Origin: an uncultured virus (IMG/VR IMGVR_UViG_3300009164_003041)
Lineage: Duplodnaviria > Heunggongvirae > Uroviricota > Caudoviricetes
DNA: 64,000 nt
Reading direction: 5' to 3' (one strand)
IMG/VR virus record: IMGVR_UViG_3300009164_003041
Positions 38,641-48,016 of this stretch are shown here, in pieces. Under the pieces are notes generated by a model, which saw only the letters and a list, made by a program, of their open reading frames with translations, did no database searches and was not told the DNA's origin. The translations under genes were made by a program, and so were the position numbers. How positions within the stretch are numbered: position 1 is the first letter of the stretch; each line of letters opens with the position of its first letter.

Positions 38641-38904
38641 ATGTCGAACGAATTGAAGCAGTATCTTGATCGTGCTAACACTCTGGGCAAGCTTTTCGGT
38701 GAGAAGGAGTACGACCTCAACAGTGCTGTTGATCGTCGGCGCCTCGCTGAGAAGCTGGATTGCGATCTTAGCCCTGAGAATCTGTCCTGCGACGGCGAAC
38801 TGCGCGGTGAGGCACTTAAGCGTAAGTACACTCTGTTGACTCGTGCGCTCAAGCAGCTTGAAGCCCTTGAGGATCATGAACTGAAACATGCGATGTTCAA
38901 GTAA
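38641..38904 (+). CDS. early hypothetical protein
   Basis: LSPENLSCDGE; downstream of cassette A1. Confidence 0.75.
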   Translation: MSNELKQYLDRANTLGKLFGEKEYDLNSAVDRRRLAEKLDCDLSPENLSCDGELRGEALKRKYTLLTRALKQLEALEDHELKHAMFK

Positions 38905-39141
38905 GTCTTGAGTTTTTCTTAAAATCGTTTACACACTGAAAAAAGGAAATTTGTATGGTTAGCGTTATTGTTGCTTTCATTTTTGGAATGGTTGTGATGG
39001 ACTTTATGTGGGCCTACAAGATGGGCATCCCTCAGGCCATGTGGCGTCGTTGGAAAAATCGCAAGCCTCGCATTTAAGGCTTGACTTCTTCGCAAAGAAG
39101 TAGTAGATTAAGATCATAGATTGAAGCAAAGGAACTAGTAC

Positions 39142-39801
39142 ATGGCTCGTTATCAGGCTCCTAAGATTTCTTACTCGACCATCGAAGTGTTTGCTGCTGC
39201 TTGCGCTGCCCAGCGTATCAACGGTGAATACCTCAAGGACGACAAAAATCTTTATGATGCTGACGGGCATGTTGCTATGACTTTGAATATCGCCAACAAG
39301 AAGCTGACTTCTAAGTTTCTGCAAGGCGATTTTGAAATCACTGATGAGGATCGTGAACAGGGGCAAGAAGTACGTCAGTACTGCCACTCTCTTACGTTCA
39401 AGATCCTGCAGGGAAAGACTCTGAGTGACTTTGAGCAGACCATGCTCAAGATTGCTGACAAAGAGACGGTTGACAGTTTCTATGACATTGCTGTTGTTTC
39501 GTCTCTCCCTGCTTCGTATGAGCGTTCTAAGGCTCGGCTTGAGCAGAGCAATCGTCTCCGCGATCATCAGGGCTGTCTGAATCAGGCAGAGGGTACTAAG
39601 GTCGATCTTGAAATCGAAGTCGTGCGCTGCAACTATAGCAATAACTGGGACACTTATTATGTCACTGCTATTGTTGAAAATGCTGTAGTGTTTTTTGCGT
39701 TTCGTGATCAGATTGAAATTGGTTCTAAGATCCGTGTCAAGGGTAAGGTTAAATCCCACAAGGAAGATCGTACTCAACTTAGCCACGTGAAGATTGTATA
39801 A
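39142..39801 (+). CDS. early protein with possible C-terminal OB-fold
   Basis: TTGACT promoter; C-terminal IRVKGKVKSH...TQLSHVK. Confidence 0.65.
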   Translation: MARYQAPKISYSTIEVFAAACAAQRINGEYLKDDKNLYDADGHVAMTLNIANKKLTSKFLQGDFEITDEDREQGQEVRQYCHSLTFKILQGKTLSDFEQTMLKIADKETVDSFYDIAVVSSLPASYERSKARLEQSNRLRDHQGCLNQAEGTKVDLEIEVVRCNYSNNWDTYYVTAIVENAVVFFAFRDQIEIGSKIRVKGKVKSHKEDRTQLSHVKIV

Positions 39802-39811
39802 GAGTTAACCT

Positions 39812-39910
39812 TAAGCGTCTGTGAGTCCCGAGTGGTCTTTCGTATATTGGGTCTCCCTTAAATGGGTTGTAAATTCCCTAGGTGGACTGACTCACAGACG
39901 CTTATTTTTT
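39812..39910. other. 16-bp perfect inverted repeat enclosing 61 nt, followed by T run
   Basis: TAAGCGTCTGTGAGTC (39812-27) / GACTCACAGACGCTTA (39889-904). Confidence 0.8.
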
Positions 39911-39943
39911 AGGTTTTAATCATTCCCGATTGGAACAAAAATA

Positions 39944-40153
39944 ATGCAGTGGGTTCGTGAACATAGCAAGCCGTATAAGCTGGAGCTGAAATACAAGCCC
40001 GGCTATGATGTTTGGAAAGAAGTGCAAGATACCCTGTGGGAAGCCAAAGACTGGTGCAAGCAGAACAAGATGATGATTTGGGACGACGGATTGTTCTATA
40101 TCCGGTTCACCAATGATCGTGATCTTGCTTGGTTCCTGTTGAGGTGGTCATGA
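39944..40153 (+). CDS. small protein ending in WFLLRWS
   Basis: Paralog of next gene. Confidence 0.65.
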   Translation: MQWVREHSKPYKLELKYKPGYDVWKEVQDTLWEAKDWCKQNKMMIWDDGLFYIRFTNDRDLAWFLLRWS

Positions 40154-40464
40154 AAATTAGCAATGTTAAATCGGTGTATAACGGTAATCAATGGGTCCGT
40201 GTCAAAAGAGTCGTACCAAAGTTTGTTTGGCGTGATTGGCGTCCTGCAGGATACACGGACGATCTTGGCATTATTGCTGATCGTAATCAATGGGTAGATG
40301 AAGTAACAGGCGGGTACTATTCAGAAATTGACCCGCAAGATTATCATGCTATACGAGACTGGTGTGAACAAACTTTAACACAAGGTGACTGGTGCACCGG
40401 TATCTACTATATTATCCTACAGAATGAAGAAGATGTTGTTTGGTTTCTTTTGAGGTGGTCATAA
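40150..40464 (+). CDS. small protein ending in WFLLRWS
   Basis: ATGA-coupled; same C-terminus as previous gene. Confidence 0.65.
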   Translation: MKISNVKSVYNGNQWVRVKRVVPKFVWRDWRPAGYTDDLGIIADRNQWVDEVTGGYYSEIDPQDYHAIRDWCEQTLTQGDWCTGIYYIILQNEEDVVWFLLRWS

Positions 40465-40793
40465 TGCAAATCGCAATCGCAGATACTACAGGTAATGTTT
40501 CTCTTTGGTGCAGTGTTAATAGCATCAATGAAGATGGTTCCATTGACTTTGATGTTATCAACGGTGCCTGGCGCGGACGTTATAATAACGGCAAGGTATT
40601 CATTGAATACACTAAGGCTACTATTCCCGGCTTTCTTGTTTGGGTAGGTAGTCGAGGTGGAAACTACAATGATGTTATTCCGATGATTCAGGAAGAGATT
40701 GACAACCCCGACTATGTGATGACGCAACTTGATCAGTATGTTGCTCCTGTCAGGGAAGTTGACGAAGATGAATGGGATGATATTCCTTTCTAA
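40464..40793 (+). CDS. hypothetical protein with acidic DDIPF tail
   Basis: TAATG coupling; C-terminal EDEWDDIPF. Confidence 0.65.
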   Translation: MQIAIADTTGNVSLWCSVNSINEDGSIDFDVINGAWRGRYNNGKVFIEYTKATIPGFLVWVGSRGGNYNDVIPMIQEEIDNPDYVMTQLDQYVAPVREVDEDEWDDIPF

Positions 40794-40804
40794 GCGAGGA
40801 TAAC

Positions 40805-41083
40805 ATGGATTACAAATTTATCGGTTGGTGTCGTGCAGATAATCACGATAAGGTCTGGGGCGTGATTGCACTCCATTCAGATTCTTACGTAACCTTTTGG
40901 GGACGCCGAGGCTCAAAGCTACAAACTAAGATTAGCAATGATCTATACTCTGTCAATGACCTAATCTATAAAAAGCAGTTGAAGGGCTACAAGAGCATTC
41001 AACGTGATGAGATTGATGAGGTTTATCCTGAGTTCCAATCTGATCTAGAGAAGACTGCCCTTTGGGCGATGCTTAAGGCTTGA
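40805..41083 (+). CDS. WGR-domain-like protein
   Basis: DKVW, TFWGRRG, KKQLKGY. Confidence 0.65.
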   Translation: MDYKFIGWCRADNHDKVWGVIALHSDSYVTFWGRRGSKLQTKISNDLYSVNDLIYKKQLKGYKSIQRDEIDEVYPEFQSDLEKTALWAMLKA

Positions 41084-41132
41084 CTTTCGTTTGTCTTGGC
41101 TGTATAGTGACTACATAAACTAAAGGAAACAC

Positions 41133-42506
41133 ATGTCTGCATCTTGGATTCAAAAGTTATCTGAAAGCGATTCTCGCCTTCATAAAGAAGATGTTATTCT
41201 TCAAGCACTGACTGCTACAAAGTTAGGAAATGATATCTCCTCGCGGTTTCTGCGAGGACTAAACGTATGCTATAATCCATTCGTGACGTTTGGTGTGAAG
41301 CAGATTACCGAACGTGTGGTTTTTGATGACACCGAAGTTGACCACGAGAATCCTTGGGAAGAATACTTCGACTTGCTAGGCAGGTTGGCTAAACGTGAGT
41401 TGACTGGTAACGCTGCTCGTGATGCTATCGAAGATATAAGTATGCGTTTTGACAGCGTTGAATGGAATTCGTTCTGTGCCCCTATCCTTCGTAGGGATAT
41501 GCGGGTCGGCGTCAGCGAAAAGACGATCAACAAGATTTGCAAAAAGACTGAATACGAAATTCCCGTATTCGGGTGCCAGCTTGCTACTAACAGCGAAGGT
41601 CGCCCTGAAATGCGCGGCACAAAGCGTCTTGAGCCGAAACTAGACGGTGTGCGTGTTATTATGATCGTGCAGCCTGATCCGTATCTACCCGTAAATAGTT
41701 CGGTATTTTGCTATAGTCGTAACGGCAAGGTGTTTGACAACTTCTCACACATTGAAGAACAAGTCCGAGACAATGTTCAGGAGCTTATCGCTGCTGCTGA
41801 TAAAGTAAATGATATGCAGAGCGGAATTCTCAAGCAAGGATTTGTCCTTGACGGAGAAGTTGTAGGAAACACTTTCCAAGAACTGATGCGTCAGGCTCGT
41901 CGTAAAGAAAACGTCAATGCTACTGATAGCGTATTCCACGTATTTGATGTTCTTCCGCTTGCTGACTTTCAACGCGGTCACTGGAATGCACAGTTGAGCA
42001 AGCGTATTGCTTTGCTTGAAGCGATGCAATCTGCATTTGCTAAGATGCCTAACGCTGAACTTCTCCCTCATCTTCAAGTTGATCTTGATACAAGCGAGGG
42101 TAATAACCAGCTTGAGCGTTATGCTAAGGATATGGTTAATGCAGGATTCGAAGGCATCATGATCAAGAATCTTGATGCACCTTATCTCTGTAAGCGTAGC
42201 ACTGATTGGATGAAGTGGAAGCCTACTATCACTGTTGATCTTCAAGTGATCGGGCTTGAAGAAGGTACTGGTCGCAATAAGGGTCGGCTTGGCGCATTGG
42301 TCTGCAATGGTGTTGATGATGGTAAGGAGATCACTGTCAACGCTGGTTCTGGATTCAGTGACACAGAGCGTGACAGTCTTTGGGAAGATCGTAATCTGAT
42401 TGTAGGTCGCACTGTCGAGATTCTTGCTGACGCTGTTACGCAGAATCAAGATGGTACATATTCGTTGCGCTTTCCGCGCTTCGTTCGTTTTAGGGATGAT
42501 AAGTGA
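41133..42506 (+). CDS. ATP-dependent DNA ligase
   Basis: EPKLDGVR, LDGEV, FDVL, EGIMIK, WMKWK, SLRFPRF. Confidence 0.95.
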   Translation: MSASWIQKLSESDSRLHKEDVILQALTATKLGNDISSRFLRGLNVCYNPFVTFGVKQITERVVFDDTEVDHENPWEEYFDLLGRLAKRELTGNAARDAIEDISMRFDSVEWNSFCAPILRRDMRVGVSEKTINKICKKTEYEIPVFGCQLATNSEGRPEMRGTKRLEPKLDGVRVIMIVQPDPYLPVNSSVFCYSRNGKVFDNFSHIEEQVRDNVQELIAAADKVNDMQSGILKQGFVLDGEVVGNTFQELMRQARRKENVNATDSVFHVFDVLPLADFQRGHWNAQLSKRIALLEAMQSAFAKMPNAELLPHLQVDLDTSEGNNQLERYAKDMVNAGFEGIMIKNLDAPYLCKRSTDWMKWKPTITVDLQVIGLEEGTGRNKGRLGALVCNGVDDGKEITVNAGSGFSDTERDSLWEDRNLIVGRTVEILADAVTQNQDGTYSLRFPRFVRFRDDK

Positions 42507-42508
42507 TT

Positions 42509-42661
42509 ATGATTAGACTGTTACAACTCCTTTGGTCTGGCTGCTGGCACAAATGGGAGACCATGAGAGAATGTGATCTGACCAGCGGCGGTGATAGAGG
42601 CAGTAGAGTCTATCTCCGTTGCACTCATTGTGGCACATGGAAGAAAAAGGATTTGATATGA
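42509..42661 (+). CDS. 50-aa zinc-ribbon-like protein
   Basis: Hand translation: CWHKW...RCTHCG. Confidence 0.5.
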   Translation: MIRLLQLLWSGCWHKWETMRECDLTSGGDRGSRVYLRCTHCGTWKKKDLI

Positions 42662-42676
42662 TGAAGGAGAAGAGTA

Positions 42677-42853
42677 ATGAATATACAACCTAAAGATACT
42701 AGCCGAGGACATTTTCTCGTCAGTCTTGTAAAGAGTCTTGTACGCATCGTTGCAGGTACTGCCCTATTGCTAGGGGGAACCGGTTGGATCGCTGTTGCAG
42801 GTGCTGCCCTTATCGTAGCAGAAGTATTAGGTATTGTAGAAGAGGTCGTGTAA
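42677..42853 (+). CDS. 58-aa membrane protein
   Basis: Hand translation MNIQPKDTSRGHF...AEVLGIVEEVV; AGGAG SD. Confidence 0.6.
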   Translation: MNIQPKDTSRGHFLVSLVKSLVRIVAGTALLLGGTGWIAVAGAALIVAEVLGIVEEVV

Positions 42854-42857
42854 AATA

Positions 42858-43315
42858 ATGTATTTGCTTATAGCCTTTATGTTGTTGGTAGTATTTGCCT
42901 ACTTTGCAATTTGGATTGATGATCATCTTGAAATAGATAATCTTGTTTTCACTTTCATTATTGGGTTTGTTGCCTGTGGAATGTGGCCATTGACGATTGG
43001 ACTAGCTGCACTGTTCGTGCCTCTATATCTAATTGCTCGTTGGGGTGCAAAGCGTAGAGGTGATTTCTGATGGAAGACGATGATGAGGATATGGAGAAGA
43101 TAACAGCCGAATGGTCTGAAAAACTGTTGGGTCTTCATCATACATTTGAAGACGGTGATAGCATTGAAGTCACTCAAGTAAGACGCAGAGACACTGGTCC
43201 CTGGGTCACTTTTAATGTCAGACAAGGTCCAGGAATCCCGAGAAAGTTGCTTATGGGTATTGATGAATTCCTTGGAACGTACGGCCATTTATTCATCAAA
43301 GAGGAAGATAGTTAA
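42858..43315 (+). other. two small CDS (42858..43070 membrane protein; 43070..43315 hypothetical)
   Basis: Coupled ORFs. Confidence 0.6.
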
Positions 43316-43337
43316 GGGACAATAGCATAAATAGAAG

Positions 43338-44780
43338 ATGACCATGTTTAGAAAAATATTCAGTTTTGCAACCGTTACTCTATTGGTTGCCATTGCACTA
43401 AGCTCCGTCGCAGCCTGGTATTCTATACTGGGCCTGACTGCAATCTTTGCCGCCGCCGTTGTCCCAATCATTATTATGGGTGGTTCACTAGAACTAGCTA
43501 AAGTAGTCACCACAGTTTGGCTGCACCGATATTGGAACAGATGCGGTTGGGGAATGAAACTCTACCTTGTGCCTGCCGTCGTTGCTCTTGCATTGCTGAC
43601 TAGCATGGGTATCTTTGGCTTTTTGTCAAAGGCTCACAGTGATCAATCGTTAGTTAGCGGTGACGTTGGTGCTAAGGTTGTCATTTATGATGAAAAGATC
43701 AAGACAGCTAGAGACAACATTGACGCCAATCGCAAAGCATTACAACAAATGGATGCTCAGGTCGACCAGCTATTAGGTCGTACTACTGATGACAAGGGCG
43801 CTAACCGTGCTGTGCAAGTCCGTAGACAACAACGTGCAGAGCGCACCAGACTGCAAACCGAAATTGCAGCAGAACAAGAAATTATCACTAAGCTGAACGA
43901 GGAAGCTGCCCCTATTCGTGCAGAAATACGTAAGGTAGAAGCAGAAGTTGGTCCAATCAAGTATATTGCTGCGATGATATACGGGGATAACCCTGATTCA
44001 AATCTCTTAGAACGTGCTGTGCGTTGGGTAATCATTCTCATCGTGCTAGTGTTTGATCCTCTAGCTCTCATGCTCATGCTAGCTGCACAGAGCGGCTATA
44101 AATGGGATGAAGAAGACTTAGCAAAACGAGAAGACGAAGAAGAAAAAATTGAAGAATTCCTAGAAACTAACACTGATGAAATACTCAATGAATTAGAACA
44201 GGAAGAAGTCGTTAAGGAGAGCGAAGATGATGAAGTTGTATTACCAACTGATGCTGGTGCAAATGAAGATGATAGAGAACATTACGTTCAAGCACATAGC
44301 ACCGATGCAGATGAGGATGTTCCTGAACTGGAACCAGTCGAAGATCAGAATCCAGAATCAAATAGAGAAGTCGTAACCGAAGGGGTAACACTTCACGAAA
44401 TTCAAGATGGTTATTACGACTTCGAAGGCAAGTCTATGAGCAAGGCTGCGCTGTTAGGGATGCGTCCCGAATTGTTTTCTGCTAAACCTGACAGTGAGCA
44501 GAGCAGTACTAATTTTGGAACCGAGTTTCCTAGATTTGCGAAGAAGTCTGATATATTCGTTCGTGTAGATGTTCTTCCTAACAAAGTTTTTAAATTTGAT
44601 GGTTACAAGTGGATTGAAATCAACAAAGAAACTAGTGACTCGTACTTATATGATGAAGAATATATTCGTCACCTTGTAAGCAAGCTTGCATCAGGTGAGT
44701 ACGATGTTGACTTGCTTTCAGAAAACGAAAAAGCACAAATCGAAGAATATCTTCAACGCAATCAATCCCAAGATAAGTAA
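43338..44780 (+). CDS. multi-TM coiled-coil membrane protein with acidic tail
   Basis: Three N-terminal TMs, long coiled coil, EVGPIKY, further TM, acidic C-terminus. Confidence 0.75.
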   Translation: MTMFRKIFSFATVTLLVAIALSSVAAWYSILGLTAIFAAAVVPIIIMGGSLELAKVVTTVWLHRYWNRCGWGMKLYLVPAVVALALLTSMGIFGFLSKAHSDQSLVSGDVGAKVVIYDEKIKTARDNIDANRKALQQMDAQVDQLLGRTTDDKGANRAVQVRRQQRAERTRLQTEIAAEQEIITKLNEEAAPIRAEIRKVEAEVGPIKYIAAMIYGDNPDSNLLERAVRWVIILIVLVFDPLALMLMLAAQSGYKWDEEDLAKREDEEEKIEEFLETNTDEILNELEQEEVVKESEDDEVVLPTDAGANEDDREHYVQAHSTDADEDVPELEPVEDQNPESNREVVTEGVTLHEIQDGYYDFEGKSMSKAALLGMRPELFSAKPDSEQSSTNFGTEFPRFAKKSDIFVRVDVLPNKVFKFDGYKWIEINKETSDSYLYDEEYIRHLVSKLASGEYDVDLLSENEKAQIEEYLQRNQSQDK

Positions 44781-44785
44781 TATGT

Positions 44786-45982
44786 ATGACTGATAAGAAG
44801 TTACACCATTGTTCTTTCTGCGGAAACCACAAAGACCAAGTAAAAAAATTAATAGTAAGTGAAGATGTTTCTATTTGCAGTGGATGTATCTCATTATGCA
44901 CCCAACTTCTGGATGAAGAGAAAATCGAAGGGACACCGGAGATACAACCCAAATCCTTCGATGCTTATAGCATTAAGGAACATCTGGATCAGCTAGTTAT
45001 CGGGCAAGACTCGGCTAAAGAGGTACTGGCAGTCGCAATCTCTAATCACTACAAGCGAATCAATCACCCTCCCAAGAACCTTGAGATTCAGAAGGGTAAC
45101 GTATTATTGATTGGTCCAACTGGATCAGGTAAGACACTACTAGCTAGATCAGTCGCAAAGTATCTTAACGTACCTTTTGTCGTAGCAGATGCTACTAGCC
45201 TTACCGAAGCAGGTTATGTAGGCGAAGACGTAGAGAGTATGATTTCGATGCTCCTTGCATTAGCAGACAATGATGTTAGCAAAGCAGAGCGTGGAATCGT
45301 GTTTATCGATGAAATTGATAAGATTGCCCGCAAGAGCGAAAGTACTAGCATTACTCGTGATGTAAGCGGTGAGGGTGTTCAGCAAGCACTGTTAAAGCTA
45401 GTAGAAGGTACCAAGTGCAGAGTAAGTGTTGCGGGGAAGCGCAAGCATCCGCAGGGAGAATCAATCGAAGTTGATACTAAAAACATTCTATTCATCGCAG
45501 GCGGCGCATTCGTTGGACTTGATACTGTCATCAAGTCGAGGACTCAAGGAACCTCAATCGGTTTCGGTGCCGAGGTAAAGTCCAAAAGCGAAAAGCCTAA
45601 TATCAATCAAGTAACACCCGATGATCTAACTCGTTTCGGAATGATTCCTGAATTCATCGGTAGATTCACCACTACAATCACGCTACAAGAACTGACCCTA
45701 GCGCAACTGATCGAAGTCTTAACTGATATCAAGAATAGCTTTATTCAACAGTATGCTTATTTGTTTTCGATTGATGGCATCAATCTCTCGTTCACAGAAC
45801 AAGCTATTGAAAAGGTTGCACAGAACTGCATAGACCTAAAGACAGGTGCCCGAGGTCTTCATACTGAAATCGAACGTATCCTAATGCCACACATGTTCCA
45901 TATCAAGAAGTATAAAGAGAACAATCTAACTGAATTGGTTATTGACGTAGAACATATCGATAACCCGAAATCTATCTTTTAG
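44786..45982 (+). CDS. clpX: ClpX AAA+ unfoldase
   Basis: CSFC zinc domain, GPTGSGKT, FIDEIDK, RDVSGEGVQQALLK, RKH loop, IGF loop, GARGL. Confidence 0.95.
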   Translation: MTDKKLHHCSFCGNHKDQVKKLIVSEDVSICSGCISLCTQLLDEEKIEGTPEIQPKSFDAYSIKEHLDQLVIGQDSAKEVLAVAISNHYKRINHPPKNLEIQKGNVLLIGPTGSGKTLLARSVAKYLNVPFVVADATSLTEAGYVGEDVESMISMLLALADNDVSKAERGIVFIDEIDKIARKSESTSITRDVSGEGVQQALLKLVEGTKCRVSVAGKRKHPQGESIEVDTKNILFIAGGAFVGLDTVIKSRTQGTSIGFGAEVKSKSEKPNINQVTPDDLTRFGMIPEFIGRFTTTITLQELTLAQLIEVLTDIKNSFIQQYAYLFSIDGINLSFTEQAIEKVAQNCIDLKTGARGLHTEIERILMPHMFHIKKYKENNLTELVIDVEHIDNPKSIF

Positions 45983-46021
45983 TCCCTAAATACTATTATT
46001 TTTTGCGAAATCGTAGTAGTA

Positions 46022-46092
46022 TAAATATTAACGTAGATGCTCGTTAATGAGGTCTACTTTAAAATAGTCTTGCTTAATAAAGGAGATAAAAC
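46022..46092 (+). promoter_or_regulatory. TAAATA promoter plus ROSE-like RNA thermometer
   Basis: 5' hairpin GTAGA..TCTAC; TCTTGCT (46068-74) pairs with AGGAGA (46081-86) with a bulged G. Confidence 0.65.
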
Positions 46093-46557
46093 ATGACTAA
46101 TAATCAACTAACCCTTCGTTCCATCGACATTCCGTCGATTCATAAGTTTGCTGTAGGATTCGATAACGTCTTTGACGAACTTCTACGAATCAATGCACAG
46201 CAATCAAACGGTACAAATTATCCCCCATACAACATAGTAAAGCATGATGACGATCACTTCGCCATTGAACTTGCTGTGGCTGGTTTTAAAGTCGGGGATG
46301 TCTCTATCACAGTAGAGAAGAATCTTCTCACTATCAAGGGTGAGCAAACGCAGAGTCTTGATGAACTGTTAGAAACGGAGGTCGAATACTTGCATCGCGG
46401 CATTTCAGCCCGCAGTTTCTCTCGCACATTTACTTTAGCAGAACATGTTGAGGTAACGGGGGCAGCAGCAGAGAATGGTATTCTCAAGATTGATCTTGAG
46501 CGTAAGGTTCCTGACGAGCAAAAGCCCAAAACAATTGCTATTTCGTATAATAAATAG
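46093..46557 (+). CDS. small heat-shock protein Hsp20 (IbpA-like)
   Basis: VGFD, NYPPYNI, IELAVAGF, YLHRGIS, FTLAEH, NGIL. Confidence 0.95.
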   Translation: MTNNQLTLRSIDIPSIHKFAVGFDNVFDELLRINAQQSNGTNYPPYNIVKHDDDHFAIELAVAGFKVGDVSITVEKNLLTIKGEQTQSLDELLETEVEYLHRGISARSFSRTFTLAEHVEVTGAAAENGILKIDLERKVPDEQKPKTIAISYNK

Positions 46558-46572
46558 TAGAAGAAGTAGTAC

Positions 46573-46603
46573 AGTGCTTGCAGTCATCGTGGCTGCAAGC
46601 ACT
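46573..46603 (+). other. 14-bp hairpin in clpS leader
   Basis: AGTGCTTGCAGTCA-TCG-TGGCTGCAAGCACT. Confidence 0.7.
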
Positions 46604-46622
46604 CATTCAAAGGAAAAATACA

Positions 46623-46931
46623 ATGGCAAATGCAGAACCAAAAGCTAAGATTCGACCAAACATTGCTCTTAAGGAGCCGCCTTTGTTCAAGGTCATCTAC
46701 ATGAATGATGAACACACCTCAATGGAATTTGTGATTGAAAGCCTATGTGAGTATTTCAACTACAATCCAGACACTGCTACGCAGATTACCGTAGATGTTC
46801 ACGAACATGGTAGTGCAGTTGTTGCAGTCTTGCCTTATGAAATTGCAGAGCAAAAGGGAATTGAAGTAACACTTGATGCTCGGGCCCAGGGATATCCTCT
46901 TCAAATCAAAGTTGAAGCAGAATCAGACTGA
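46623..46931 (+). CDS. clpS: ClpS adaptor
   Basis: PPLFKVIYMNDEHTSMEFV, VHEHG, YEIAEQK, YPL. Confidence 0.9.
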   Translation: MANAEPKAKIRPNIALKEPPLFKVIYMNDEHTSMEFVIESLCEYFNYNPDTATQITVDVHEHGSAVVAVLPYEIAEQKGIEVTLDARAQGYPLQIKVEAESD

Positions 46932-47624
46932 TAGTGTTATTCTCTTAGCCCAATAAGGTTGCTTATAAGGGCGGGGATTGTTGACATAATTTACATTACC
47001 TAAGTAAGTGTCAACCATCTTATCATAGGTTCCAAATACCCAATGCGTTACTTTGTGTTCAGTGTCGATTTTTAACGTAGCGTGTAAGGGTATTTGGGCC
47101 TCTGTTACTTCAGGGGTTTCTTTGAAGTACAAATCTGGATGAGGCACTGCGTTAGTCACGACAATCACTTTCGTGATATCTAGATGCTTTTGAAGTTTTT
47201 CAATCGATTTATATAGATACGTTGTATCTTCTTCTCTCGACGCTGCTTCCATTAAGTTTTCTAATGTTAGATTATCAGTGTCAGCATTAGTCCATCCGTT
47301 AGCACCAATGATAGCAATTCCGTCAATCATCACTACATGATGATGTAATATACAAACATTAGGAATAGGAAGAGTTAAGTTCATCAACTCTTCCGTCCTA
47401 GTCTGGATGTCAGCGGCAGTCTTATACTCTAACATTCCTGGAACGAAAAACACACCTTGATAACAAGTGCCAAGATGTGCTAACGTTTGAAGCGTAGTTC
47501 TCAAATCAGAACTAATGTTGCCTGTTACAATACAGTACAAACTAGACGCTTTGTTTTCCCAATTGAAGCTATCTTCAGGTGATAGGTTTAACTCACCTAG
47601 TATGTCAAAGCCGATATCCTGCAT
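46923..47624 (-). CDS. degenerate calcineurin-like metallophosphoesterase
   Basis: Fold pattern retained but metal ligands replaced (GELNL, TGNI, PGMLEY, WVFGTYD). Confidence 0.6.
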   Translation of the reverse strand: MQDIGFDILGELNLSPEDSFNWENKASSLYCIVTGNISSDLRTTLQTLAHLGTCYQGVFFVPGMLEYKTAADIQTRTEELMNLTLPIPNVCILHHHVVMIDGIAIIGANGWTNADTDNLTLENLMEAASREEDTTYLYKSIEKLQKHLDITKVIVVTNAVPHPDLYFKETPEVTEAQIPLHATLKIDTEHKVTHWVFGTYDKMVDTYLGNVNYVNNPRPYKQPYWAKRITLSV

Positions 47625-47635
47625 CTTTAATTAGA

Positions 47636-47944
47636 TTACTTTACGATCTTAATCTTAGGCTTCTTGACGACCGGTGCTGCTGCTTCTGCAACATCATCAG
47701 ACTTCTTTGGTGTAGCCTTCTTTGCGGTCTTTGCTTTAGGAGCTGCGGCCTTAGCAGCCTTCTTAACTTCTGCTACAGCAACTTCAACTTTAGCTTCGAC
47801 GGCTTTGACCTCAACTACAACTTCTTCCTTGAGGTCAAGTACTGCTTGTTCTACATTGCCCTTATTGGCCTTGTACTTCTTATAAAATTCATAGCCAATT
47901 GCAAGTACTACTACTGCGGCTAAGAGAGCTAGTGCGATTTCCAT
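47636..47944 (-). CDS. membrane-anchored protein with Lys/Ala-rich tail
   Basis: N-terminal TM; AGGAG SD; TAAATA upstream on minus strand. Confidence 0.7.
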   Translation of the reverse strand: MEIALALLAAVVVLAIGYEFYKKYKANKGNVEQAVLDLKEEVVVEVKAVEAKVEVAVAEVKKAAKAAAPKAKTAKKATPKKSDDVAEAAAPVVKKPKIKIVK

Positions 47945-48016
47945 GTGTTTCTCCTATGATATATGGTATCCGTATAGTATTTATATGATAACGCTAACCG
48001 AAAGAATAAATACTTG

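Noticed and set aside
39812..39904. Hammerhead ribozyme (CTGTGAG and CGAAA on the minus strand)
   Set aside because: Core does not match CUGANGA and the required stems could not be built.
39004..42449. Long antisense ORFs (39004..39786, 41745..42449) and similar shadows elsewhere
   Set aside because: They mirror real + strand genes, lack SDs and motifs, and are explained by codon bias.
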